Of a stretch of DNA of 64,000 bases, positions 28,262-42,013 are shown piece by piece. This DNA is from Curvularia clavata. Taxonomy: Eukaryota. The notes under the pieces are model-generated. The model had not been told where the DNA came from. It saw nothing but the letters and a program-made list of their open reading frames with translations, and searched no databases. Both the position numbers and the translations under genes were made by a program. The stretch lies in NCBI GenBank assembly GCA_023920165.1, contig CP089281.1, positions 1,178,001-1,242,000 on the forward strand, in the 5' to 3' direction. Each line of letters starts with the position of its first letter. Within the stretch, counting starts at the first letter, position 1.

Positions 28262-30180
28262 TTATTTACGATTAAGTGTCGTCCAAGCGACCATGATCCT
28301 CCTCAGCTTGGGCACAGTAGCACGCCCTGCCTTTACTTTGAAGTTGTCTTGGTTCAATACCCTTCCAATCTCCATGTAACTCTCCACCGCCACCCGAATA
28401 GGGCCTCTGGCCTCATCTGGCAGCCGCTCGATGGCGTCCTTGGTTGTCTCGTAGAGCGCAAAGGCGTCCCTCAAAAGCCGTTTGCGCAGCGTCTCGACCT
28501 GCGCTGAATTCGGCCTCTTCAAAACATCCTCATAGTTTAGTCCCGCGTCCGAGAGCCACTTCAAGGGGAGATATACACGGCCAATCTTGGCGTCTACTTC
28601 AATATCTCGTGCAATGTTGACATACTGCAGTGCTACGCCCATATTGTTGCCAGCAACGACAATGGAACGCTGCTCCTCGGTAGACAGCGTGCTAGGATAC
28701 CAGTAGAATATGAGCTCAATGCACATCTGGGCTACCGTGCCTGCCACCCGATCTGCGTATAACCGCAAGTCGTCGGTGGTTTCTATTACTGGCGCCTTTT
28801 CGAAGGCGAGGTCCATTTCGAATCCACGAAGCAGGTCTTCCAGTGGTTGGGGTGACAGCTTGGTGGCAGGGAGTTGGAGAAAAGCAGATTGCGTATTAAG
28901 CGGGAAATCCTCGCACACCTGGGCGTGCAAGGCAGAGGGCGCCACTTTCTCCGTGTATGCATTGTCCAGAAACTTGCGCAGTTTCGCTATCCAGACCTTG
29001 GCCTCGTCCGCATCTGCGGCATTGTCCACCAGGTCGTCAGCTACGCGACAGAAGGAATAGAGCAAGAGTAGGTCTGCCCGCAAAGGTCCTGGGAAGGTTG
29101 CAGAGGCAAGGTAGAAGCTGCGGCTCTTACGCTTCAAACGGTGCACAGCCTCGTCAAGACCCTTGAGCCGTTCAGCGTCGTATCTAGAAGTGGATGTAAG
29201 AAGAGCGCGTATCAAGACAAGTGGTGACGGCAGCAATGACGGGTCCGTAAACAGGTGTGGGAAAGTATACAACACTGCCAGAGCATTGTCGAACGCCAAT
29301 TGACCGCACACTATGAGCGCATTCGTGGCAAAGAAAAACAGAGCCTCCTCTATCTCTAGGCCGTCCCACACATGTATTCCATGCTTAGTACCCACGTTAA
29401 TTACCCAAGTGCCTCTACGTAGTGCCAGTGTGTCGACAATCCAGAGATAAAGGGTGGGGAGAATGATTGGCAGTGCAGTATTCGTCCATGGCAGCACAAT
29501 GATAAACTGGTATGCGAGACTCCTGTTTCTTATCAGTAATGGACGAAAGGCTGATTACAGTCGGCGTACCATAGCAGCAGAAGAAACGGGCCGGCCCAGA
29601 TCAAAATCAGGCCTGTATATGTTCCCTCGCCACCTTCCCTAACGCATCGCCAGCCCCACGCAATCACACCCGACAGGAAGAGCTGTCCGGCAAGCTTTGT
29701 GTATCGCCACGGATTACGGGATGCGCCCGATTCGATCCTCAGGTAGACAGGCTGGAAAGTAGGCCTGCTGAGGAGCAGATAGAGCAACGTGGTGTTGTAT
29801 GTCTGGATGACGAAGAAGAAAACTTCTTCAAGCGGGATATGGTATAGCTTTGGGCCGACGATGACATGACTGGGGTAGCTCCAGATGCCGGTGCGGATAA
29901 GGTACGAGTCCCATGGTATTGTCGAAGTGACAGCGACCTGGACCGTTAGCATACATTCGTCGTGGAGTTGCGCCGTGCGATAACGGGCGTACACACCAGT
30001 ATCAGATAGATGATCTTATACGCGTCGAGCTTGGTCAAGAACGGGCGGTAGAGCCATGTGAGGAATATGGCCGGAGGGATCGTGTACTTGAGATGACTAG
30101 CCGTGCCTGTCAGCCATGTGATGTTTGCATGTCGCAACGTGAGGGCATGCTACCTACACGAGCGCGTAGTCGAAGCCCAT
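28262..30180 (-). CDS. carRA: Bifunctional lycopene cyclase / phytoene synthase (al-2 / CarRA); 4 exons
   Basis: Spliced [16 protein letters not shown]; cyclase motifs [10 protein letters not shown] and IPLEEVFFF; synthase motifs [19 protein letters not shown] and [10 protein letters not shown]. Confidence 0.96.
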
Positions 30181-30693
30181 GATGAAACCGTGGAACTGAA
30201 GGAGAAGACCGGCGAAACGTGCAATTGGCGTCACCCGTGGACCCAATGCAAGGGAACAAGCTGGACCGCAGTGAGGGAGCGGCTAGCACAGGAAGGATGC
30301 AGATAATCCATAGCGCGAAATGTTCGTAGGTTCCATGCGGCGGCGTCTCAACCGGCAACGCTGGAAGCACGTGGGCCGAAAACGGGCTAGCCGGCCGTTC
30401 AAGCTTCGCAAATGACATCACCATCCATCCGTCACCATCTCCTCAACAGCACCGGTTTTACCAGGTTGCCCACATATCGATTCCGGCTCTGACAGGCTGT
30501 TGCATCATGTCACCCACACGCGGGCCTCACCCCACCCGGCACCAAGCCAGGGGCTCTTTCTCCTCCCGCGGCGCTGCTTGAGCAAGACATGTGAATATCG
30601 ACGTTGCTGTATACAAGGACGTTGGCCAGCGACTCTGCTGTGCACCCATCCGGCCCTCGACCACCCAATGCTGCCAAGATAAGTGCCGCCGTC
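30181..30693. promoter_or_regulatory. Divergent promoter region between carRA and carX
   Basis: 513-bp head-to-head intergenic region between ATG 30180 (-) and ATG 30694 (+); shared regulation is inferred. Confidence 0.6.
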
Positions 30694-32877
30694 ATGTCCA
30701 AACCTGGACAACACCAGAAACCTGCCCACAGACATCCGTACGTTGGCCCCACTCCGCCGTTCTGCCATAGCTATGTCTAACCTACTTGCAGCTACCTATC
30801 CGGCAACTTTGCGCCTGTCACCAAATCATGGCCGCCCACACCAGTCTCTTGGACTGGCCATATTCCTGATGAACTCCTTGGTGGAATGTACGTTCGCAAT
30901 GGCGGAAATCCCGTGACCAACGACGACCTGGGACGCGAAGCGCACTGGTTCGACGGCGATGGCATGCTCTCGGGGGTGTGGTTCAGTCGTTCGCCAACAG
31001 ACCCTACCAAGCCCATTGTCAATTTTGTCAACCAGTTCATCCTTACAGATGTCTACCTCACTGCCGTTCAGAATCCAGCACTCCGTACACCTATCCTTCC
31101 CAGTATTGCGACACTAGTGAACCCAGCATCCGCCCTGCTCTGGATTCTGTGGCGGATCTTTCGTACTGTGCTTCTTGTGTTATGGACGCATATCACTGGA
31201 TCAGCCAGCGCTATCAAGCGAATCAGCGTTGCCAACACCAGCATATTGTACCACGACGGACGTGCCCTAGCAACCTGCGAGAGCGGACCGCCAATACGCG
31301 TCACGTTACCCGGTCTGGAAACCGTAGGCTGGTTCAATGGAAACACTGCTGAAGGCGAACCCGCCTCGAAAGATGACTCCCATCATAGTTGCGACGAGAA
31401 GCGCGAAGCGTTTGGCGGAACCGGATTGCTCAGCTGGATGAAGGAATGGACTACTGGTCATCCAAAAGTCGACAAAGTGACAGACGAGCTGGTTCTCTTC
31501 CACTGCAACTTTGTGGCACCCTACGTCCATTACTCATTACTTCCTGCAGAAGGCTCTTCTGCGAACCGGGCGGATTCTGAATCGAAGGCCATTGTCAATG
31601 CCCCAGTCCCTGGATGCTCTGGCGGGCGACTGATGCATGACTTTGGTGTTGCGAGACATCATACCGTCATTCTCGATATGCCACTCTCGCTCACACCTTT
31701 GAATCTGGCAAAAAATAAGCCCGTAGTAGTATATGAGCCTGAGAAGCCAGCTAGATTTGGTGTTTTCCCTCGTCGGCATCCCGAGTTGGTGCGCTGGTTC
31801 GAAACAGATGGCTGTTGCATCTTACACACAGCCAACACCTGGGACGAGCACGACAGTAACAACAATGTGGTGGCTGTCAACATGCTTGCTTGTCGCCTGA
31901 CTTCGGCATCTCTAGTCTTCAGTGCCGGCAACATTGAACCACCACCGCATCCAAATCACAAGGAAAAATCACGCAGCAAGCCGATGTCTTTCTTTGCAAA
32001 ATACACGGAAGACGAGGACGACATAGATCCTGAAAAGTCTTATCTAGAAGAAACGTCACCTTTGCTCGGACCGGATGCATCCATATTTGGCCCAGGCTCT
32101 TCAATGTCTGCTTCTAACATACCAATATCTCTCGACGATGAAGAGCAATGCAGATTGTACTATTACCGCTTCTCCCTAGACACGGGCTCTGAAAACACCA
32201 TCACTCACCAGTTTGCATTATCAGCGATTCCTTTCGAATTCCCCACAGTATCACCAGCTACAGAAATGGTACGTGCACGCTATGTGTATGGCTGTAGCAC
32301 ATCGGACGAATCATTTGGAGCTGCATTGGGCAAGGCCACCAAAATCGATGTTTTGGTGAGAATGGACGTCGAAAGCCTGCTTGCCCGTGCGCATCATACC
32401 ACTCCGGAGGCGATTACTGGATGTGTCGATACTCGTTCGATGGACGAGATACTTGCATCAGCTGACCCCAACGACCCGATCAAGGCGTTTCGACTGCCTC
32501 CACATCACTTTGGCCAAGAAGCCAGGTTCGTACCCCGCAAGGCGTCGAAAAAGGCAGTCTCTGGCGACTTGGCCTCGGATGAACTGGACGGGTACCTCCT
32601 CTTCTACGTTTTCAACGAAGAGCAGCTAGATGAAAACGGCGAGTGCAGGCCAGACGCTGTAAGTGAACTATGGGTGCTAGACGCAAGAGATATGCAGACA
32701 ATTGTTTGCAAGGTCCAGCTTGCAACCAGGATACCCTATGGTCTCCATGGCAACTGGTTCACCGAGGAAGACATTGCACAACAGCGCCAGGTTGAAAAGT
32801 TACGATCCGAGACAGAAACGATTTGCGATACCCGATGGAGCCACTTACAAAAGGCTCTCATTAGTTACCTTGGCTAG
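30694..32877 (+). CDS. carX: Carotenoid cleavage oxygenase (retinal-forming CarX type); 2 exons
   Basis: Spliced HPYLSGNFAPV, YVRNGGNP and HWFDGDGML; four Fe-ligand His candidates (TTGHPK, LMHDFG, ILHTAN, GLHGNW); cluster context. Confidence 0.92.
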
Positions 32878-34096
32878 TCAGGTCAGGGTTCAAGTGCATG
32901 TTTGTGTACAGTACATAGTTGAGCGTTCAGACAAAAGCCAGACAATCTGGCGGCATTAGCATTACCGGCGTAGTGGGAAGCTTTCAAAGCTAATGTATAA
33001 TTTTGTTCTTCACCGTGTCTTTGCTTTGATTCTGGTGAGATGAACTCTTTTTCGCTCGATCGCTAGAGAAAATGTGCAGGGCTGGAGATGGCACATGGCC
33101 CAGGTCCACATACCGGCCTTGCAGACTGGCTAAGGGCTCAAGATGACAGAGGAGAAAAATTATGTCGATCTGCCGACGGGAGTATCTGTCCAGACCAATA
33201 TGCGTTGGCCATGGCGTTCATAGCCCCTCATTGTGGTGTTTGAGCTAGAGGTGACGCATAGATGCGCGTGACGTAAAGCTTAACTAACCCTGATTACCCC
33301 GATACGTCTGGCCGACGTCGATGTCAAAGTAAGCTCGCGAGATCAGCACCATAAAGCTTAAACCCTGGTGGCGTGACGGTGCGAAGTGGGGTCTGCGCGA
33401 TGCGGATGCTTCGGGAGCTAACATCATACCCACGCTCTTCATCGTCGTCCATCATCGACTTACACCTCAGTATGACCGAGCATTCGCCGCTCTAGCCACT
33501 CAGCACCTGTCAGCCAGCCAGCGAGCCGTCTGGTCTCAAGGCCAAGTCGCAGAAGACGCTCTCCATTGCTACCATCTCGATGTATTCCCTGCGCTGCAGG
33601 TCACACAGCGGCGTTGATCCTCGCACCAAGCCTGTACAACGGCACTTGGAGCCACTCACAGCAACGAAGAAACGGCGGTGGACGCTACCAGCGACGGCCA
33701 AGTCTTGATAGCTTCCCGTGGTGGGGGAGCCATCCATTATTGCAGCTTGGTTGCATCTTCACGTCTCGACGTGTGCCTTGGGCCACGCCGTTAGTCAGAG
33801 CTGCGATTGGCGGGAGCACAGACGTGGGTGTGATGCGACGAGTTCTAGGTGCTGCTATGTCGTCATGGACAGTCTCAGGAGAGATGTCTCTGGATCGCAG
33901 CAATGACAGAACCGTGGCATGACGGCATGGTTACATGGCTGGTGACAAGAGATATAGCCTGAGGTGCGCCAGCTAATGGAAGTTTGAAAACACACGATCC
34001 AGAGTCGATAGTTCTTTGGTACCTCAGACTGAGCCCTTTCTCCGTGTACAAAAAAGAAGACTTTAGCTGAAGCGTAGTCTTGCGTCCAAGGCAATC

Positions 34097-35241
34097 ATGA
34101 GCGCAATGCTGGACCTAGAACGCAGGAACAATGTGTTCAATTACAACGGTATGTGCTCATATGCGGTTGTTCAAGCCATGTTACACCCCCTTTTATCATG
34201 GCTGAACAATACTGCGAGTAAACAAACATAAGTTCGTCGTCTAACAATTGTACAGGCAATACTGTCAATGGCCGTACTGCAGACATCAACATCACAACCC
34301 ATGGCTCTGACTTTTACTTTGCCATTTGCGGTGTCATGGCCCTTGCTGGCTTCGTCTTCGTCGGCATGTCGTTCCGCGTAGAGCGCCGCAACCGTCTCTT
34401 CCACTACATCACATCCGGTGTTGTCTTTGTTGCTGCCATTGCCTACTTCACCATGGGTTCTAACCTCGGTTTCACCCCCATTCGTGTCGAGTTCTACCGC
34501 AACGACCCAGTTGTTCGTGGTACCTACCGCTCTATCTTCTATGCTCGATACATTGACTGGTTCATCACTACGCCACTGCTGCTCATGGACTTGCTGCTCA
34601 CTGCCGGTATGCCATGGCCTACCGTCCTCTGGGTTATCCTTGTCGACGAAATCATGATTGTCACTGGTCTGATTGGTGCTCTCATCCAAAGCATCTACAA
34701 GTGGCCATACTTTGCCTTTGGTACGTTTGTCAACTTGGTATTTAATGATACAAGTGCTAACAGAGAATGCAGGCTGTGCTGCTCTCCTCTACATTGTCTA
34801 CCAGCTCACCTGGGAGGCTCGCATCCACTCCAAGACCTTTGGCCGTGACGTCGAGAGGACCTTCCTCATTTGCGGAAGCATGACTGCTTTCCTCTGGATC
34901 CTCTACCCAATTGCCTGGGGGCTGTGCGAGGGCGGGTAAGTTGAAGATGACATCCACTCTTGACTTGAACCAATCTTACTAACACCTCAACTAGTAACGT
35001 CATTGCCCCCGACAGCGAGGCTGTCTTCTACGGTGTCCTCGACTTCCTCGCCAAGCCCGTCTTCGGTGCTCTCCTCCTCTGGGGCCACAGGAACATCGAC
35101 CCCGCTCGCCTCGGTCTCCAGATCAGGGACTACAACGACGACACTATGCTCCAGGAGAAGCGCCGCAAGGATGAGGCTGCCCGCAATGGCCAGAACGTTG
35201 TTAACCCTCCTCACGACGGCCCTGCTGCCACCACTGTCTAA
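34097..35241 (+). CDS. carO: Microbial (type 1) rhodopsin, CarO-like; 4 exons
   Basis: Helix C YARYIDWFITTPLLLMDL (DTD motif); helix G FYGVLDFLAKPVFG with the retinal-binding Lys; C-terminal GHRNIDPARLGL; introns 34149-34255, ~34721-34772 and ~34936-34994. Confidence 0.95.
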
Positions 35242-35910
35242 TTAAATACTGCTGCTTGATACCATGTCTATGTGCACGCACATTTGTTCATGCATGCAAG
35301 TAATACCCGAAAGCGATTATGAGATGTAGATTGAGGTAATGATAATGTTGTGGACTGCGCATTCCCTAGTGGAGTTGCCGGTCATGGAATGTGAAGGGGA
35401 GATGGAGAGGGAGGAAGTTACGACTTGTTTAACGATACCACAAAGTATGTTAATTAATCAATCAATCATTCGGTCTTTACCACAAAATAAGTATTCCTGT
35501 GTGTACGCGATGTGCTTCTCAGTGCTATGTGATTGGTATACATAGTCTGACTCTCCAACGCCCGGTGAAACAGGAAAGTGGTGGCCTGCAAAACCTCTCT
35601 ATAGCAAAATTCACTGCCTTCAAACGCAGCCAGAGATCTTAAATTGATCCGGCCACTTGTGACTCTGCTTTTGTAAGCAGCTTTGGTCTACGGGATCAAT
35701 TGTCATTTGTGTCTTATCATTTCGATAGCTTGCTCTTTGTAAATGAGCTCGTTGTTGTGATTTTCGCGTTCCACTGGTTTGTATAAAATGATCATAGCGC
35801 ACATGTTCGAAAGGAGTACATCCATATTCAAAAGTGTAGATATATACGTTTGATTCCCATAGCCATGCAATACTAAACGAAATAACAGCCCAAGTCACTC
35901 TATCACTACC

Positions 35911-37816
35911 CTACCAATCCCCCACCAACCCCTTCCCCTGCTGCTTGTAACTCCATGTCCCCATCCCACCCATCGCCACAACTGTCATGAAAACACTGAT
36001 CAGGATCCACACAAGCCAGCTCAAATACGGGCCATGCTGCGTGCGATCCAGTGGACTCATCGACTTCCTCTTCCTACTCGCTTCCACTGTTCCCCACGGA
36101 ATCTTGCCTAGCAGACCAAGCCCCTGCATAATCTGCTCGCAGACAATCTTCGCGCCGGCAAGCACAATAGGCACACCTGTGCCTGGATGCGTGCTCGCGC
36201 CCACAAAGTACAAGCCCTCGATACTTGAATGCTTGGTTTTTGGTCTGAAGCTCAGGACATTGAAGAAAGAATGGCTGAGGCCGAGGATCGCGCCGCGATC
36301 GAGGTTGAACGTTGATTTCCAACTGGGTGGAGTATTTATCGTTTCATTGACAATATGCGGTGCAAGATTGATTTTCAGGCGAGCTTCCATGGTGCGGAGG
36401 ATAGTGCTACGGGCGGAGGACACCATGGCGTCCCAGTCCTGCGTCAGGCCATCCGTGTGCTTTGAGCCTTTGTGAGAGTCGGTGGTGGAATCGTGCAGGT
36501 GGCCGACGGGGACAAGGACGACGATGGAGTCGCAGCCTGATGGGGCGGCGGAGGGATCGACACGTGAGGGCACGTTGACGTAGAAGCTGGGTTCGTCGGG
36601 GATGAGATGCTTTTTGAAGATGCTGTCAAAACTGTCTTTGTATTCTTCTGCTAGGAAGATGTTATGAGCGCTGAGCTCAGGGAATTGACGATCCAGAGCC
36701 CAGTAGAAGGATATGCTGGAGCAGGAGGCTTGGCGTTTGAGGAGGGAGCGGGAGAAGGAGGAAGAGGGGAGGAGGTTGTTATAGGCGTAGGTTAGATCGG
36801 CGTTGCAGACGACTATGTCTGCGGTCAATGGTGCTTTGTTTGGATCTTCGAATTGCACGCCTGTTGCGCGCTTTCCGTCGGGTGATAAAGTAATCTGGCT
36901 GATGGGACTGTCGAACATATATTCGACGCCTAGGCGCTGGCCGACGTTGACGAGCTTCTCCACAACCTAGTAGCGGTTAGTTTAAATATCTCTCTTTTAG
37001 GGATTACTATCCTTCGCACCTTGTGAAAACCACCAATCGGATACCAAATACCCTCAGCTAACTCCGTATACTGCAGCAAGCTGTACGTCCCCGGAGCATC
37101 AAACGGGCTCATTCCCATGTACATACTCGCAAATGTAAAAACTCTCCTCAGCCTTTCTGTCCAAAAGTACTTGCTTGCACGGTACCAAATGCTCTCAAAA
37201 GGATGCAGCTCAATCAAATGTAGCAAAAAGTCCAGACGAGCCATACTCAACAGCGAGTAAAAGTTCCTTCTTAAGACATAGATAATCGAAACTTCATAGT
37301 GGCGATGGCTCTCCTGCAGGAAAGAAAGATAGCGCTCAAAACCATCCGTGCCTTCGAATCGCTCCACCTCCTCTTTCATGACGGAAATGTCCGTCGACAG
37401 CGTAAACGTCGTGTCATCGTGGAAGTGCACCTTGTAGTTAGGATCACACTTGACGAGCTGGATGCCTTCTCCCTCGAGCGAGGTGCCCAAGTCCTCGAAT
37501 GTCTCGTGGAAAAAGCGTGGGAGAAGGAGTAAGCTGGGACCCTGGTCGAATCTCTGTTGTTTAACATTAGCACGTGAATGTTCTATCCTCCCGAAAAAAC
37601 AAATAGCATGGGTAGTTGGAGACAGAGAATTGATCGCCATACATATTCTCCACGATGAATCAAACTGCATCGTCCACCTGAAAACTCATTCTTCTCCACC
37701 ACTGTTACTTTGCAACCTGCAGCGGCCAAACGCGCGGCGAGAGCGACACCCCCAGCTCCAGCACCGACGACAATGACGCTCGGACCCGTCGCATTCGCTG
37801 CCTTGTAGTCTCCCAT
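35911..37816 (-). CDS. carB: Phytoene desaturase (CrtI type, al-1 / CarB); 3 exons
   Basis: FAD-binding VVGAGAGG, RFDQGPSL, GMSPFDAPGTYSLLQYTE and LYFVGASTHPGTGVP; hydrophobic C-terminal tail. Confidence 0.96.
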
Positions 37817-38539
37817 CTCTTACTATTTGCTTCTCTTTCCTTATTCTCTACGTCCTAAGTGCACTACTGTAAGACTCGCAGGCAAAAGAATGGCGACAAC
37901 CACAGACTTTGGGTATTTGGGAATTGGAGGCGTCGGTAAAAGAAAGGATGGATGGCAGGCAGCGTGCGCGTGGAAAGAGTCGCGCCACAAAAACGTTCCG
38001 CTCGGGTATTCCTGGATCAATGCACCAAGTCATGACGTATACAACAAATCAACGCGACTAAGCCATGTGTGGAGAGGCCCTTTTTGTTTCGGCATGTGCA
38101 TTTTGGCATGTGGGAAATGCTTATTTTCGGGTGGTTGTTGTTGAACGACCGTGCCACGAGTGCGGTTGTGCACTGGTTCGTCCGAACATGCAGACGGTTC
38201 AATTGGGTATGGAGCGTCTGCCTCTCTGCGGGTTTCCACGCTACACGAACGGTAGTTTGACAGAGCCTCAAGCACTTCCGCCTGTGCCTTGGCAAGCAAA
38301 CCCCCAGTGCGGCGACATATCGAACATCTGAGCAGAGCTATCGTGGTAGAGCTGTGGCGTGATGCTGCAGTCACGATCCGGCTGCCGATAAGATTGGAAT
38401 CTGCTAGCGGCCACGAGGTGCCGCAACGACCGAGGACACGATGAACACTTGGCACCCAAGATAAGTAGGCGTCCATATGCAATACACTAAGATAGCGGGT
38501 CTCGGCATGAAGATTGGGTATAATTATTAAACAATACTA

Positions 38540-39923
38540 CTAGTTGTCTCCGCTGTAGATAGTAAGAGCATCGGTAGAGTTCCTGTATTCTGGCTCGCAA
38601 AACTCTGTGAAGCCGCCAAAGCGTGTCTTCTTCTCTTGAATAAAGCCCTCAAATGCGCTCTTTGAGCAGCTCTCTCCTGGTCCATCAGCACAAGACATTT
38701 GCTGCGGATCCTTGTTAACAAGCACCCGGAAGTAATCGCCCGCATCGAAACCATAGCTGTCGCATGTCATCTTCTCGATAGCAAAGTTGGACAGGAAAGG
38801 CAGAATCCTTGAGGAGCGCCAAACTCTGCCGTGGTTCTGCCTGTTAAGAGGCATCGTGGCGTTCGGATTGTTGGCTCCGGAATAAGCGCTGTTGTTGAAC
38901 AAGCCCATTGCTACGGCGACGGTGGGCGGCAGCTCCCGGTGGGTAAAAGATACGTAGAGATCTTGATCAGCATTGTCTGAGAGTAGCAGCTGGGCTGAGG
39001 CATTGAGCCAAGGAAAACCAAGGGTGCCAGCGAGCTGCTCGCTTCCATATCCGGTGTTGTAAAAATACATGATATCATTCATGTATTCAAACGAAAGCCA
39101 CTCGTCCTCGGAAAAGAGATCCAGATCACAGAAAGGTGATGAGCCGCGGATAACAGTCTCATAGCCGCACAATTGCTGCATGGCAACAATATCGCTTGCA
39201 GTAAAGTTGAAGCTTGGGGCGTATGTGTTAAAACGACCAATAATGGGCTTGGTATAGATTTTTTGGTATTCCTAGTTGACGTGTTAGTAGGGCTCATGCA
39301 GGTTGCACCAGCGTACGTACCGATGACTGCTTGCTGCCAAAAGAAGAGCTGTACTTGGGACAGCCCTTGTAGGGAGTCAGAGAATCAGCACCTCGGGCAG
39401 CATCCTCGCGCACAGGGACGAGCTTTGTGTTGTTGCTCTCAGCGACAAGACCGTCAATGAATGAAGATGTGCTGAGCTCTGTCCTCTCCGCAGTCGACGT
39501 CCATACACGCTTGGGGTCCTTGAAAGACGGGTATCGCAGGCGAACATCAACACCTAGCTTATACGACTCGAGTCTTCCAATCGTCGTGAGATCCTCGAGT
39601 TCACTATCGGTAATTGGCGACTGCCATTTAGCCAGGAAATCCAGCGGACCAGCACTGCGCCAATTGGCCGTGGTATTCTTCAGCTTATCGGTAAACGGCT
39701 CAATGTACTCTTCGTAATCAAAGTCGTTTGCGTAGATGGCGGCATGGCGGATGAGGTATGACGCACGCGTGACATTGCAACCCTGCGGTGGTTTTGGGTC
39801 GGCCTGTGGATCTTCAAAATAGGGTGCAATGCCAGCCAGATGGCGCAGCGGGTCAAACGAGGAGCCTGCGTATACGCCTACCGCATTGGCAGCAACGAGG
39901 AGCGACACAAGAGCCGACTGCAT
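38540..39923 (-). CDS. Secreted histidine acid phosphatase / phytase-like; 2 exons
   Basis: Signal peptide MQSALVSLLVAANA; variant active site LIRHAAIYAND and SFTHRE; LCGYETVIRGSSPFC; intron ~39273-39320. Confidence 0.85.
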
Positions 39924-40620
39924 GGTGGAGGTGTGGCTGCGGTGCGAGCCGTACCTGAACAGACTGGTGAGCCTGGCTGGCTTTAAAGCTGCGCGGAGCA
40001 GCACAACATGTCATTGCAATGTTGATCGTGTCCAAAACTTGGCAGGCTGTTCTGCTCGATCCGGACACAATGACGATGTTTCTTACGCACGGTGCGAGAG
40101 TGGGGATTAGCTTCAAACATGCAGAAAGTTACTGGTAGTTAATGGGAATCCCATTTTGTCCAACCAATAAGGATGGAAGTCGATTGCTAGCGCCGATTTT
40201 TGAAGCTGTTGGACGTGGGAAACAGTCGTTAGATGCGAGAAATAGTTGTGGGATGTAGGAAAGAGCAATTAAACCTGAATGGAACCTCATCAGGGATCGA
40301 GACGAAATTGATAGATTTCATTCCTGTCCATGTGTTAGCGATGTCCAAAAGCTACTTGCCATCTCTCACCACGTGACGATGTCAGACCACATTACATGCA
40401 AAGCTTTGACCTAGCCACACCACGTCAGCCACGACTTTCCAGCCCCACACTGCCACAATTCCTTGTTTCTTCACTGTGGAACACTGCATCTCAGATCGGT
40501 TTTGAAGCGGAAAATCACTGATATTGGTATTCGCCTCCAACTCCTGCGCAAAAGTGGAGAAAAAGGTGCAGTCGAAGAAAAGGCAACTTCCTCTCATACT
40601 ACGTATAAACCCCCTATTCA

Positions 40621-42013
40621 TTATAGCACGCTCACCCGTCGTTGCAACATCTGCACCTTGAGCTCCAGTGCCTGACACTCATTCTCCTTGCGGTGCAGAT
40701 CCTTCATTAAAATCTCCTTCTCGGATCGAAGAGCCTGCAGCCTGCCACCGACACTCTCACGGTAGCTTGCATGTTCTTCCAGCAGAGCCTCGATCCTATA
40801 CCAGTCCATCTGGCCAGCAGCAGTGGCGGCAGAAGCACCACCTGCTCCTGACCGTAGCTGCTGAATTTGAGCATCCTTAGCCTTGAGCTTCGCCTCGAGG
40901 TCAGCCACGGTACTCTTCCAAGCCTGATGAGCCGCAGCGCGGTTCAAGTCGTCGATGCTGCCGCTCTGCGTTGTGCCCAGCTGCTCGACAAGATCGGAAT
41001 TCCTCTTTTCAAGCTCAAGCGCACGCTGCTCGAGAGCCGCGACCTTGGCCGCAGTAAAAAGGTCTGTAGTGTCGCGCCTTTCATAAAAACTCGACATGCG
41101 TGGCCGGTTCGGGCTGCTCCGCCCCGTAGGCCCTTGTGCTTGTAACCGCTCTAGCTCCCGCGTCTTCTCGGCAAGCTTGCTACGTACAATTTGGACGTTG
41201 TTAAGATCCTCGTCCCGCAGCGCCTTTGTTGCTTCTAGTTCACGACGGGCTTTAGCTAGCATTCCCTGGTGCTGTTAGTGGTGTGGTTTGGAAGAGCTGG
41301 ACCGTACAGTGACTTACCCGAATCTTGATGTTGTTCTCTACGTCTTCGTCTCGCAGGCTCCAGATGGCCTCATGTCGCTTCCACCATACTTTCTTCTCGT
41401 CTTCCAGCGCTTTCAGGCGGTTTTTCATTTCCGTAAACTCCTCGGGTGTAACAGATGCTGCAGGATTTGCTTGTTCAATGTGAATAAGCTTAGACATCAA
41501 AGCCGCAAGCTGCGACTCCAGAGGACCTGGGAGATGTGGTGCTGGAGCAGGAGATACTGGCTCCTGGCCTGTAAGGCTCATCTTGATCGCAGACTGTGAT
41601 GCTGATTTCTTCAAAGAATAGATGACTTCATCCTCTTGGCCATCCAGCGTTGAAGACCTCGAAGTCGCATCATCGTCAATGGGTCGTGGCTGTAGGTTTG
41701 GCTGGCTCTGATGCTGCACATTTGCCGGCTGAGGAGTTACAACCTGGCTCTCCATCTTCTTTGCCATTAGGTTTGCTGGAGATCCAGCTTGGGGCCGGCT
41801 CCACGCAAGCGGTGCGGTGTTGGTCCTGGGAGGATATGTTTGTTCGTCGTCTGAGCCCAACTCAGAGTAGTTGTCGGAATCGTAGCTCGGTGGCTGTTGC
41901 TGCAACTGAGGCGAATGCATCGATACGGGCCGGCTTGCGGACTGGATGGATGCGATAGAATGAATCGAAGGAGTGCGGTGAGAAGCTGGTTTTGCGCGGT
42001 TCGGTGCCCACAT
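40621..42013 (-). CDS. Hypothetical coiled-coil protein; 2 exons
   Basis: Two long ORFs joined by a canonical intron GTAAGT..ACTAAC..CAG (~41267-41318); heptad-rich C-terminal half. Confidence 0.7.

Noticed and set aside
32878..34096. White Collar light-response elements (GATN repeats) upstream of carO
   Set aside because: GATC/CGAT words are present but too short and frequent to call without conservation data.
34149..34255. Possible third stwintron in carO intron 1 (internal GCTGAA..GAG|TAAAC)
   Set aside because: One-step GT-AG splicing already gives the correct frame (AAC G|GC AAT); a [D1,2] parse would frameshift and the internal signals are poor.
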